A stretch of DNA of 63,736 nt, counting the filler, from an uncultured Thermoplasmatales archaeon (GTDB lineage: Archaea; Thermoplasmatota; E2; DHVEG-1): NCBI GenBank assembly GCA_964517155.1. It is 4 parts of 4 records of this genome, joined end to end, with 100 filler letters (N's around TTAATTAATTAA, not from the genome) between each part and the next. Parts side by side here need not be neighbours in the genome. Positions count along the whole stretch, not along the records: positions 28,567 to 57,692 come from CAZFAZ010000040.1; 3 more parts are not named here. The stretch is one strand, 5' to 3'. The stretch's first letter is position 1, and every line of letters begins with the position of its first letter. Position numbers and translations under genes: made by a program. Positions 39,128 to 48,729 of the stretch are shown one piece after another. The notes beneath the pieces are model-generated. The model ran no database searches and was not told the origin of the DNA. It saw only the letters and a program-made list of their open reading frames with translations.

Positions 39128-39322
39128 ATGCCCTGAGTTTTAAAGGAGGCATGACCCAAGTTCTGAACAAGAATTGTAAGGTGTATGACTCGAGTTCTGA
39201 ACAAAAGCCGTGCCACGCATACAGAACGCAGATTTATATAGGATTAGAAAACATGCCCTGAATACTGAACGCAGTTGACTAGGTGGGTTTTCTTCTGTTG
39301 GATGACGCGTATGCTGAACGGG
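39128..39322. repeat. Array of six degenerate ~18-bp direct repeats
   Basis: Units at 39128, 39151, 39185, 39210, 39253, 39302; consensus ATG(A/C)C-N5-T(T/A)CTGAAC. Confidence 0.7.
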
Positions 39323-39474
39323 GATGAGGGGTGTGTAGTATTTTTTGATTTTTTAACTTATTCTCTTGTGTGTTTAGTCTTTCTAATTATTTTTTCTATA
39401 ACACTGTATTGCTGTTCACATATGTGATAAAGCTTCAATGGTTCATATATAAACATAACAAAAGCTTTAAATTC

Positions 39475-39503
39475 GTGCTACTTTTACATATGAAACGTGT
39501 TAC
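39475..39503 (+). promoter_or_regulatory. Candidate NikR autoregulatory operator
   Basis: GTGCTAC-N15-GTGTTAC between TTTAAAT (39466-72) and ATG 39505. Confidence 0.55.
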
Positions 39504-39504
39504 T

Positions 39505-39918
39505 ATGACAGAAAAAATTACAAGATTTGGAGTTAGTATCGAACCAGATCTGCTTAAAAAATTTGATAAAATAATCAAAAAAGAAGGTTATACCAATAGA
39601 AGCGAAAAAATAAGGGATTTAATAAGAAAAAATCTGATAAACAAAGAAACAACAGACCCAAATACAGAAGCAATAGGGACCCTTACAATGATATATGACC
39701 ATCACACAGGAGACCTAACAAACAAATTACTAGATATGCAACATGATCATCACAGCGAAATACTAACAACCACACATGTACACATAGATCATCACAACTG
39801 TTTAGAAGTGCTAGTCTTAAAGGGAAAAACAAAAAATATACAAAAACTAGCAGACAACATTATCGCATTAAAAGGAATAAAACATGGAGAGTTAGTAATT
39901 ACTAAAAAGCAAATATAA
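39505..39918 (+). CDS. nikR: Nickel-responsive regulator NikR
   Basis: RFGVSI, GYTNRSE.IRD, YDHH, THVHIDHHNCLEV. Confidence 0.95.
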   Translation: MTEKITRFGVSIEPDLLKKFDKIIKKEGYTNRSEKIRDLIRKNLINKETTDPNTEAIGTLTMIYDHHTGDLTNKLLDMQHDHHSEILTTTHVHIDHHNCLEVLVLKGKTKNIQKLADNIIALKGIKHGELVITKKQI

Positions 39919-40011
39919 CATAAAAAAATGATAAATTTTAAAATTAAATGATTTTTTATTATATAGGTAATATTTATATATAAAAATCACTATAATATTT
40001 AACCGTATATT

Positions 40012-41067
40012 ATGCTTGGGTTTATCGGAGATTGTATTAGATTATTTAGAGTGCATCATATGGGCGCAATAGCTATAATTCCCGTATTGGGAGCAATTAG
40101 CCAAGGATGCTCTGATTTAACAAAACTATTTATTCTATTTATTATTGGCATGTTTTTGAATATTTTTCTTTTTGTATCAAATGATGTTGTAGACGCAAAA
40201 TTAGATCGAATGTCTAAATTATCAAGAGATTTTCATGTAAGAGCTATTTCTAAAGGAACTATATCAAAGAAAACGGGCGTATATCTCTCGATTATATCAG
40301 TCATCATTGCATATATTCTTTCTTTTTTGTTTTTTTATCGTGAAAACTTTTCATTTTATTTAGGTATTCTTGCTCTATCTGCAGGAATATCTCTTTGTAC
40401 ACTTTATAACTTATTTGGCAAACGATTCTTAAGTTCAGCATTTCTAGCATCTTTTGCAACGGGCCTAGGAGTTTTTTATGGTGCATATATGACAACAAAC
40501 AATAATGTTTTTAATGTTTATACCTGGCTTTTATTTGTTCTTGTTTTTAATTTTATGTTATTTCTAACAGCAGTAATCGGAGGGTTTAAAGATGCAGGAA
40601 ATGACTGCAAGCTAGATGGAAAAACTATTGCTATATTTTTAGGAGTAAAAATAGATGAGGGTAAAAAAACCGTAATTATCCCCGCCAGTTTTAAAGTCTT
40701 TACAATACTTTTAGAAATATCTTCAATTTTTATTTTGTTTTTACCCGTCTTATTAATGCACGAACATTATGAGTTTTGGAAATTGATTTTTATATTAATT
40801 TTAAGTATTGTTTCTTTAATCTTTATTTTTAAATTTTTAAAAATAAAAAGCTATAATAATCAAAAAGTATACAAAATACTTATACCTCTTATGGCAGTTA
40901 ACTCCATGTTTTTAGCACTTATATTGTTCCCAATAATTCCCGGGCATTATGTTTTGTTTCTAACACTTTTCCCGGGCATCTGGTTTGTAATAAATTTACC
41001 AATGTTACTACTTACAAAAAAATATTTACCCAAACCAAAGTTAGAACTCGGTGAAAAAAATATATGA
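40012..41067 (+). CDS. UbiA family prenyltransferase
   Basis: Polytopic; NDVVDAKLD and GGFKDAGND. Confidence 0.85.
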   Translation: MLGFIGDCIRLFRVHHMGAIAIIPVLGAISQGCSDLTKLFILFIIGMFLNIFLFVSNDVVDAKLDRMSKLSRDFHVRAISKGTISKKTGVYLSIISVIIAYILSFLFFYRENFSFYLGILALSAGISLCTLYNLFGKRFLSSAFLASFATGLGVFYGAYMTTNNNVFNVYTWLLFVLVFNFMLFLTAVIGGFKDAGNDCKLDGKTIAIFLGVKIDEGKKTVIIPASFKVFTILLEISSIFILFLPVLLMHEHYEFWKLIFILILSIVSLIFIFKFLKIKSYNNQKVYKILIPLMAVNSMFLALILFPIIPGHYVLFLTLFPGIWFVINLPMLLLTKKYLPKPKLELGEKNI

Positions 41068-41954
41068 ATGAGAAAATAAGAGAGTTTGTTAAGTTAATTC
41101 GATTATATCCTATGTTTTCTACGTTCATCGTATCCAGTTCTATCGTTACTACAAGCTATGTTTTAAACTCTTCACAACATATTATAAATCTGGAAATGTT
41201 ATTTTTGATTATTACTACAGTTTTTTCTTTGACAATTGCAACTGCTGCCTCAAATGTATTAAATCAAATCACTGATATAAAAGAAGATGAAATAACAAAA
41301 CCTTATCGTCCGATACCAAGTGGGAAAATTTCAATTAGAAAAGCTTTGATAATTTGCATAATATTTTACGTTATAGCAAGTATTATATCATTTTTAATAA
41401 ATCTATATTTTAGCTTATTTACACTCTTGTTTATTATTTTTACAATCACTTATTCAATTTATCCAAGAGTAAAAAAATTTTTTATCATAAATCAGCTGTG
41501 GATAGGTATTGCCAGAGGATGTTTTCTTATTTTGGCATCATGGAGTGTTTTTTCTAACCCACTTGAAAAAATGCCCTTAGCACTTTCAATTATAAGCTGT
41601 ATATTCATCTTTGGCGGCATGTCATCTAAAGATATTTTTGATGCAAAAGCAGATACAAAAACAGGTGTGAAAACACTTGTAAATGTAATTGGATTACAAA
41701 AAACCGCCACGCTTTCTTTATTTTTTATGACCGGGTCAATATTACTTATAATTCCCTTTATACTTCTTGACATTTTTAAATTAATTCATCTGCCCTTACT
41801 TTTTTTTATAATTCCTGTTTTTTACATTTACGTTCAGATGAAAAACTCAAAAAAATATAAAGTTTTTGAAAATGTAGCCGCATGGGTTATTATGCATGCT
41901 ACTAATTTTCTTTTTATTTTTTGTTTTGCAATATTAACTATAATATTCTCTTGA
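41064..41954 (+). CDS. UbiA family prenyltransferase (DGGGP-synthase/HPT-like motifs)
   Basis: NQITDIKED..KPYRPIPSG, KDIFDAKAD.KTGVKTL. Confidence 0.87.
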   Translation: MNEKIREFVKLIRLYPMFSTFIVSSSIVTTSYVLNSSQHIINLEMLFLIITTVFSLTIATAASNVLNQITDIKEDEITKPYRPIPSGKISIRKALIICIIFYVIASIISFLINLYFSLFTLLFIIFTITYSIYPRVKKFFIINQLWIGIARGCFLILASWSVFSNPLEKMPLALSIISCIFIFGGMSSKDIFDAKADTKTGVKTLVNVIGLQKTATLSLFFMTGSILLIIPFILLDIFKLIHLPLLFFIIPVFYIYVQMKNSKKYKVFENVAAWVIMHATNFLFIFCFAILTIIFS

Positions 41955-42956
41955 TTTGTTTAGAAATTTAATTAACTCCATACAAACTATATAACATAAA
42001 AAAGCAAATAAAACAAAAATTATTGTTTTTATTTCACCTATTATCGGAAATAAAAGCATTGGAACAACAACTGATCGGAAAATGATTTGAACAATTATGT
42101 TTTTTCTTAATTTTTCTCTATCATAATATCTAAATCTAAACATCTTAATAGTTGATATAATTACAATTAATGTAAAAATAAAAATTAAAAATATTTGCCA
42201 TATACTGTAATTCAACTTTAAAAAAAAGATAGGTGCACTAATAAGTATCGCAGAAAAAATACGTATACCCATTCCAAATGCAATAAAGCTTTTTGGAATT
42301 ATTAATTTTTTATCTGATTCATTTACAGTTACTCCCATTTTTGTTGCATAGTTTTTAACATTTTTTTTAAAATCATGATCTGCGTCTTTTATTCCTCCGC
42401 TTATCGCAGTCATAAAAAGAGTTTGTGTAAAAAATAGTAAAGAGATTGTTATCGTTATTTCATTTAGATGTATCGTATCTGATACCATGTATGCAGCATA
42501 AGGAATTATAAGTGCTTGTGCCCCTCCTGCAAGAAACGCTGAAAAAGCAAATTTTTTGCCATAAATATTATTTATTGTTCCAACTGTTGCTGCCAACGTC
42601 AAACAAATTAAACCAAGATAAAATGAAGAATTGTTTCTAAAAAAGAATAGAAATGTTAGAAGATACACCATTATAAAACAGAAAAATGAAATAAATATAC
42701 CTGTTTGTTTTGAAATGGTTCCTTTTACAAGAGGCCTAATCCTTAATTCCTCAACTTGTTTATCTACATCTATATCTACTACATCGTTTGATACAAACAG
42801 ATAGATATATTGCAATGTTCCTATTATAAATAAAAAAATTAAAGGAGTTATTTCCTTTATACCCGTACTCAGAGCACCTAGTAACGGCGTTATTGCAAAT
42901 AAACCAATACCTTGAAGCCTGAACAGGCGTATGTAATCAATAATTTTTTCTTTCAT
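41934..42956 (-). CDS. UbiA family prenyltransferase
   Basis: NDVVDIDVD..RPLVKG, GGIKDADHD. Confidence 0.87.
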   Translation of the reverse strand: MKEKIIDYIRLFRLQGIGLFAITPLLGALSTGIKEITPLIFLFIIGTLQYIYLFVSNDVVDIDVDKQVEELRIRPLVKGTISKQTGIFISFFCFIMVYLLTFLFFFRNNSSFYLGLICLTLAATVGTINNIYGKKFAFSAFLAGGAQALIIPYAAYMVSDTIHLNEITITISLLFFTQTLFMTAISGGIKDADHDFKKNVKNYATKMGVTVNESDKKLIIPKSFIAFGMGIRIFSAILISAPIFFLKLNYSIWQIFLIFIFTLIVIISTIKMFRFRYYDREKLRKNIIVQIIFRSVVVPMLLFPIIGEIKTIIFVLFAFLCYIVCMELIKFLNKSREYYS

Positions 42957-42962
42957 AGTAAT

Positions 42963-43985
42963 TTACATGGTTTTAGGTTCGAATATTGTTTTAAAAAGTA
43001 ATTTGTTCCATATTATAAATGCTAATGGTGGTATCAATACAATAATTCCGATTAGCGGGTTAAAAGTCATTAATATAACAGGCATTAGGCCATAGTTGAT
43101 AACATAGTGCAATCCTATTAGTTTTCGTGCTTTTGATCTTTTAAATTCTTTCATTTCAAGCAGGTTATATGATAACGTTAACATTATAAGAGCAATTATT
43201 CCAATTAGAGCCCATTGCACATACTTGATAGAGATTTGAGATGTTTGAAATTCAATTAATATAAAAAAGGGTAGAAAAGCAAGTCCGATATCTACTATTT
43301 GCAAAAGATATGCTAATGCTTTAAAACTTAATGGAACTGTTAATATTTTGTTTTTTACTTGTACGCCCATCTTCAAAGCAAGTGTTTTTCCACCTTGGAT
43401 ATAGTCGTTTTCAGCATCCTTTAATCCTCCTGTGATAAACTGCATATATAAAACCTGAATTGTACCAACAGCAGCTATAATCCAAGTTATCTGCGATAAA
43501 TTTGTAATATTTCCAGTTACAGTTGTTGCCCCATAGATAATTAAGAAAAATATTCCTGTTGTGACAAAGACATCCATACCTGGAAATTTTTTGCTGTATA
43601 AATCATAAATAGTTGCAAGAACTATAGAAATAGTGTATATTATTATAGGCAAATACATGTTTGTTTTTACTGCAAAATAAAATGTTATTAAATAAGCAAT
43701 TATTAAAGATAAAATTGTAAATATCCAAGCCTGTTTTATTGAAATTGTTCCAGTAATTAAAGGCCGATTTTTAATTTCTTTAGAATATTTATCTATTTTA
43801 TAATCTACAATATCATTTAATACAAATCCATAGGCATGGGAAAAAAAACCCAGTAAAAAAAGTAAAAAAAGTGTGAGTATATCAAATTGTTTTTCTGCAA
43901 GTGCACCCATCACGGCCATTAAACTAGTTAAAGTTCCACTGAAGGGTCTCATTAATTTCAAATACTCTAGCATGCTTTTTTTCAT
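42963..43985 (-). CDS. UbiA family prenyltransferase
   Basis: NDIVDYKID..RPLITG, YDLYSKK, GGLKDAEND. Confidence 0.87.
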   Translation of the reverse strand: MKKSMLEYLKLMRPFSGTLTSLMAVMGALAEKQFDILTLFLLFLLGFFSHAYGFVLNDIVDYKIDKYSKEIKNRPLITGTISIKQAWIFTILSLIIAYLITFYFAVKTNMYLPIIIYTISIVLATIYDLYSKKFPGMDVFVTTGIFFLIIYGATTVTGNITNLSQITWIIAAVGTIQVLYMQFITGGLKDAENDYIQGGKTLALKMGVQVKNKILTVPLSFKALAYLLQIVDIGLAFLPFFILIEFQTSQISIKYVQWALIGIIALIMLTLSYNLLEMKEFKRSKARKLIGLHYVINYGLMPVILMTFNPLIGIIVLIPPLAFIIWNKLLFKTIFEPKTM

Positions 43986-44082
43986 TTATACAAAAGTAAT
44001 ATTTGTATTTTTTGTAGCATAACATAAAATACATATAATAATAGTTATATATTAAAACAAATATTTTATTTTGTGAAATGAG

Positions 44083-44904
44083 ATGAACACAAAAGAACAA
44101 GGAAAGCTAATTTTCATTATTTCCCCTTGCAGATCAGGGTCAACGGCTTTGTTATATTCCTTTGCACAAATTCCCAAAACAAAAACATATTATCAACCAA
44201 TAAAAGGAACTATAAGAGAAAAAAAAAGCTTTATAATGCCTAAACTATCAAAAGGAAAAAATATTTTTAAAGAAACTCTAGGGCACGAAAATGAATTAGT
44301 ATGCACATACAATCCATTAAATTTCATACCAAAAAACATAGAGTATAAAACACTATTTTTATTCCGAGATCCAATAAACACATGGCAATCATGGAAAAAC
44401 CTTGCATGGATGCCTAAAATTGAATTGTTTTTACAGGCATACAACTCAGCCTTTAAAATATACAAAGAAGAGCAAGAAAAAAATCCAAAAAATACAACAG
44501 CTATGATACTTGAAGAATTAAATAACGGTAACACGGACATAATTCTTAAAAAAATATGTAACAGTTTGAATTTAAAATATACTAAAAAAATGTTATATTG
44601 GGGTCACAATGCAGATTTGAATAAATTTGTGTATCTTTCACAGATAAACAAAAAAGTTGCTTATGACTGCTCAGGCTTACTTAAAAAATCTAAAGGATTA
44701 AATGAAATAAAAGACAATGGTTTTCCAAATAATAACAACCCCGAAAGAAAGATAATTGAAAATAATCTAAGAAAAAAATATATTTTTGTTAAAGACCAAT
44801 TTCAAATTATGTATCAAAACAAAAATCACAAGTTACCCTTACATGACATAAATGTCGTGACTTTACCTCAAGCAAAAAAAATTCCTGACGGTGTTTTAAT
44901 CTAA
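44083..44904 (+). CDS. Sulfotransferase-fold protein
   Basis: 5'-PSB loop SPCRSGSTAL, 3'-PB motif LFRDP...QS, EEL, MLYW. Confidence 0.72.
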   Translation: MNTKEQGKLIFIISPCRSGSTALLYSFAQIPKTKTYYQPIKGTIREKKSFIMPKLSKGKNIFKETLGHENELVCTYNPLNFIPKNIEYKTLFLFRDPINTWQSWKNLAWMPKIELFLQAYNSAFKIYKEEQEKNPKNTTAMILEELNNGNTDIILKKICNSLNLKYTKKMLYWGHNADLNKFVYLSQINKKVAYDCSGLLKKSKGLNEIKDNGFPNNNNPERKIIENNLRKKYIFVKDQFQIMYQNKNHKLPLHDINVVTLPQAKKIPDGVLI

Positions 44905-44973
44905 CAAATTACATGACATCCATCCCACAAACTAAAATTTGAAAATTTCTTGCTTGGATTTATGTTAAAAAAA

Positions 44974-45180
44974 CTAATCCTTCATTGCACTGTTTAGCTC
45001 TTCTAAAAATTTTTTAACATCTACCCCGTGGACACTTGCAATATCACTTATTTTCTCAAAACTAGCTGCAATACAGCCTATACAACCCATATTATATTTT
45101 TGAAAAATAGGTATTACCTCAGGGTGTTTTTCTATTACTTCGCGTATATTCATATCTTCTGTAATTTTTCCACATGACAT
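44974..45180 (-). CDS. DUF1858 family protein
   Basis: ITEDM.I.EVI..HPE, GCIGC..A.FE, VHGVD. Confidence 0.88.
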   Translation of the reverse strand: MSCGKITEDMNIREVIEKHPEVIPIFQKYNMGCIGCIAASFEKISDIASVHGVDVKKFLEELNSAMKD

Positions 45181-45241
45181 GTTTCTTTTCACCTTAATTT
45201 AACAATTGTTACTATTTGTGAACCGTATACATATAAACTAT

Positions 45242-45326
45242 AAAAAAATATGGTGAGGAGAACCCGGACGGGAAAAATAACCAGGAGAAGAAAAAACGAG
45301 GGAGCCGTCCGGTTTGGATACACGCT
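45242..45326 (-). ncRNA. Candidate small structured RNA
   Basis: GC-rich island with CCGGACGG/CCGTCCGG stem (45264-71/45305-12); minus-strand TTTAAATA ~25 nt upstream and T-run downstream. Confidence 0.35.
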
Positions 45327-45413
45327 TAAAAAACATACAGTTCTTTTGATATTTAAATAAAAATATGAGGTTACTGAAAGTATTAAATACAATTTTAAAA
45401 TTTCGTTAAATAT

Positions 45414-45695
45414 ATGGAAAATCCGGAAATCTCAAAACTGGAAGATAAGATAGAAGAACTAAATGTTAAAGTTTTAAAACTCCCGCTTTTACTAATTATT
45501 CTATCGATAGTCCCTTTTGCTTTAGCAATAATATTTAGAGATAGTTACTTTGGGATTATTTCAGGGGTTTTAGCTATAGTTATATTTAGTTTAGCGATTG
45601 TATTTCTTATATATTTTACAATAAAATTTTTTAGATTAACTCTAAAAATAGTTAAAGAAAGAAAAAAAGAAAAGGCAGAAGATGATGATTACTAA
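45414..45695 (+). CDS. Small two-TM membrane protein
   Basis: Two hydrophobic segments. Confidence 0.7.
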   Translation: MENPEISKLEDKIEELNVKVLKLPLLLIILSIVPFALAIIFRDSYFGIISGVLAIVIFSLAIVFLIYFTIKFFRLTLKIVKERKKEKAEDDDY

Positions 45696-45712
45696 AGGTA
45701 GGTGCTAAAAAT

Positions 45713-46054
45713 ATGGATGAAAATCTTCTGATAATAATCATATTTATTTTAGTAGGAATAATGGAGATAATACTTGGAATACCATTGATTTATAAAAAAA
45801 TCAAACCAAACTGGTTTTATGGATTCAGACTGCCAGAGACAGTGTCAAATAAAGAAATCTGGTACAAAGTCAATAAACAAACAGGTAAAGACTTTGTAAT
45901 ATCCGGATTTATTTTGATAATTACATCTCTTATTCTATTAATACTGATAAGAAGTATTGATATTATCACAATAACAATGATTCAAACAATAGTACTTCTA
46001 GTAACAATCACTGCAATAATTGCAAGAGGTTTAGCACTACTTAAAAAACTTTAG
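45713..46054 (+). CDS. SdpI family membrane protein
   Basis: KPNWFYGFRLP.T....IW.K.N..G. Confidence 0.85.
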   Translation: MDENLLIIIIFILVGIMEIILGIPLIYKKIKPNWFYGFRLPETVSNKEIWYKVNKQTGKDFVISGFILIITSLILLILIRSIDIITITMIQTIVLLVTITAIIARGLALLKKL

Positions 46055-46467
46055 ATATCAAACAAAACCTGAACACTACAAGGCTTAGTTTTTTTAACCT
46101 CAAGCATATGATAAGTAACAGCCTTTATCTCAGCACCCGCCTTATGCTTAGAAATATTAAATTTTTCACCATAAAAAGTACCTTTCAAACTCTTTTTATT
46201 TTCATCAATATCTAATTTAAAAAAACCAAAAACCAGATTGTTTGCGCTGTGAAGATACAAAAGCTCAGAAAGAAAATCAACAAGCAACTGCTCAAGATCA
46301 GATGCTTTAAGTTCTATGTTATACTGACCTGTGCTTTCCACCTCGGAAGTATCAGTAATAATATCAAACATTGCCTTTGCAGCATTTTCAAAAGCCTCAG
46401 AAAGCGTTTTACCATATGCTTTAACACCAACATCTGCAGTATGCTCAATTAACTCATATTTTTTCAT
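46051..46467 (-). CDS. Archease
   Basis: EHTADVG, AFENAA, EIKAVTYH, VLFDI. Confidence 0.95.
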   Translation of the reverse strand: MKKYELIEHTADVGVKAYGKTLSEAFENAAKAMFDIITDTSEVESTGQYNIELKASDLEQLLVDFLSELLYLHSANNLVFGFFKLDIDENKKSLKGTFYGEKFNISKHKAGAEIKAVTYHMLEVKKTKPCSVQVLFDI

Positions 46468-46586
46468 ACAAAATCCCAGTTTTTTAAAAAAATATTATTA
46501 TTTATGAATGTTTAATTAAACATATAGTTTTTTAAATTTTCAAAACATAACACTTTTTAAATTAAAGTTTAAAGATCGTGTTTATA

Positions 46587-46988
46587 ATGAAAGAAAAAAT
46601 AATGATAGTTGATGACGAACCAGATGTACTTCAATCCTTAAAAGTAGTCCTAAAGCATGAAAAATATGAGGTTGTGACTGCTTCAAATGGTGTCGAATGC
46701 CTTAAAGAAATGGAAAAAGGATTCAAAGGAATAATACTGCTGGATCTTATGATGCCTCAGATGGATGGCTGGGAAACAGTCAAAGAACTAGTAAACAAAG
46801 GCTACATGAAAGATGTAGCAATAGAAATAATAAGTGCATTAGGAATAAGAGAAAACAAGAGAATGGGACAGCTTGAACCATATATCTATGATTATTTAAC
46901 AAAACCTGTAGATCTTAAAGATTTAATTCAAAGCGTAAAAAAATGCAATGTATATCTTTATGCACGAAACACTGAATCAAAACTATAA
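46587..46988 (+). CDS. Single-domain response regulator receiver
   Basis: IMIVDDE, LLDLMMPQMDG, YLTKP. Confidence 0.92.
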   Translation: MKEKIMIVDDEPDVLQSLKVVLKHEKYEVVTASNGVECLKEMEKGFKGIILLDLMMPQMDGWETVKELVNKGYMKDVAIEIISALGIRENKRMGQLEPYIYDYLTKPVDLKDLIQSVKKCNVYLYARNTESKL

Positions 46989-47023
46989 TAATTACTTGCT
47001 TTTAACAAAATTTGACTATAATA

Positions 47024-47360
47024 TGGAGTGAACCCCTCAATATTACACAATAAGTTACGTAAATAAGAAGATCTATTTGGGCAATAAGATGGTTAGAAAA
47101 CGAAGAATATTTTCACGAGAATTCAAAATTGAGGTCATTCGAGAAATCGAACAGGGAACCAAACAAGCAGAGGTCTGCCGGAAGCATAATCTTCATCCAG
47201 TATTGGTGAACCTATGGAGAAAAGAATATCATCAGTGTCTTGACACGGCTTTTCAAGAACATGGGAAGCAATATAAGGATGAAGCAAAAATAACGGAGCT
47301 AGAACAACTTGTGGGTAAACTCTACATCGAAAACGAGTTTTAAAAAAACGTTGACAAGCT
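47024..47360 (+). mobile_element. IS3-family remnant (left end + orfA, no orfB)
   Basis: TGGAGTGAACCCC.. left-end-like sequence; orfA (47089-47343) RRIFSREFKIEV..HTH..ELEQLVGKLYIENEF ending at a TTTTAAAAAAA slippery-type site; no DDE ORF follows. Confidence 0.8.
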
Positions 47361-47458
47361 TGGATGATAAACAAAATACCAGCATTAGAAAAAATAATCT
47401 CCCGATTCACTTGACAGTAATGGTTTAAATAATTTAATAATGATAAGGAAGAGATTAT

Positions 47459-47668
47459 ATGAATAATACAAATTATAAAAAATTTGGTTTACTTCTAGCA
47501 ACTGCGGTTGCTACTTTTGGGGTTATTTCATTATTATTAATTCTATTTAATATAGATTCCTTGTTCTCCCCATTAATCCTTCTTTTAATATTAGTTGTAC
47601 CTTCTATACTTACTATAATATTAGCTTCAATAATTATTAAAAAGAAAGAGAATAAATATGGAAAATAA
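47459..47668 (+). CDS. Small membrane protein
   Basis: Two TM segments. Confidence 0.55.
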   Translation: MNNTNYKKFGLLLATAVATFGVISLLLILFNIDSLFSPLILLLILVVPSILTIILASIIIKKKENKYGK

Positions 47669-47861
47669 AATAAATAAAAACATTTGGTATTTTTTATTAT
47701 TTGCAATATTGCAATTAGTGCTTTTTTCCATAACTTTATTTTCTAAGGGACTTGGAATTTCAAAAGATATAGAAGAATTTGTCGTTAACTATGTAATTAA
47801 TTTTTTAAGAGCGATTTTTTTAATCTTGGCTTTTTATTTTCTGTATAAATCAATCAAGTAA
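47658..47861 (+). CDS. Small membrane protein
   Basis: Two TM segments, overlaps the upstream ORF. Confidence 0.55.
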   Translation: MENKINKNIWYFLLFAILQLVLFSITLFSKGLGISKDIEEFVVNYVINFLRAIFLILAFYFLYKSIK

Positions 47862-48143
47862 CAGTTTTTTAAAAAATGAGTGTTGATTAACAATTTTTGA
47901 TTAAAATAAAGAATTGGACTGAAACCCAGCGGGTATGCAGCTAGTTAAATTAACATATTTAATTTTACCTTCTACTCGAAAAAATCTGGTGATTATAAAA
48001 CACGTAATCTCAGTAATTTAATAATTTATAAACACACTAATAAAAATTAAAACCAAAGAGCGCTATTTTTAAAAAAACTCTCTACTGCTTTTAAGTTACA
48101 AAAATGATATAAGACTGATAATATTTTGTTATAAACGATAAAA

Positions 48144-48359
48144 ATGATATTTGATAAAGGTAAACCACTGACAAAAGAATACTGCGAATTCTGTAAAAAA
48201 GAAATCAAACCTGGCGAAAAAATGATAATTTTATCTATCTGCCCTTCTCACGGCAGGCAGTTATCTAATAGATTGTGGTCTCCAGGCGTGTATAGCTATA
48301 TAGATAATGCTCCTAAATATCATGAAGAATGCTACATAAAAAGTGCTAAGAAAAAATAA
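48144..48359 (+). CDS. Small putative Zn-binding protein
   Basis: CEFCKKEI.PGE ... YHEECY. Confidence 0.6.
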   Translation: MIFDKGKPLTKEYCEFCKKEIKPGEKMIILSICPSHGRQLSNRLWSPGVYSYIDNAPKYHEECYIKSAKKK

Positions 48360-48366
48360 AGATTAT

Positions 48367-48729
48367 TTACATATCCAAATATTTTAAATTATACATCTGC
48401 TGTAAAAATAAATACAGGCGTTGATCAACGTTTTTTTCATCTGGAAAAAGATTTTTTATTATTTCCAAAATATCTTTTACAGTATTTACGCCATCACATT
48501 TTTGCCATACAACACTTCCAAGTTTATCCATATTCCCTGCGAAATGGGTATCCTTTTTTATTATACGACAAAAAGATTTGCCGAAGTCAGATTCAAACTT
48601 CGGTACTTTTATTTCAACAAGACCATCACTGTTAACTTTCCATTGCAGATTAATTCTCTTAGGAACATATCTCAGGAATTCTTCTTCAGTTGGAAGTATC
48701 GGTTTCTTGTCTTTGTTACTCCTTCTCAT
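48367..48729 (-). CDS. PqqD family protein
   Basis: MDKLGSVVWQKCDG.NTV.DI. Confidence 0.82.
   Translation of the reverse strand: MRRSNKDKKPILPTEEEFLRYVPKRINLQWKVNSDGLVEIKVPKFESDFGKSFCRIIKKDTHFAGNMDKLGSVVWQKCDGVNTVKDILEIIKNLFPDEKNVDQRLYLFLQQMYNLKYLDM

Noticed and set aside
39128..39322. CRISPR array
   Set aside because: Repeats are too short and degenerate, spacing is irregular (23-49 nt), and there are no cas genes
39370..39504. 45-aa N-terminal extension of NikR in the ORF track
   Set aside because: The domain starts at ATG 39505; the extension covers the TATA box and operator
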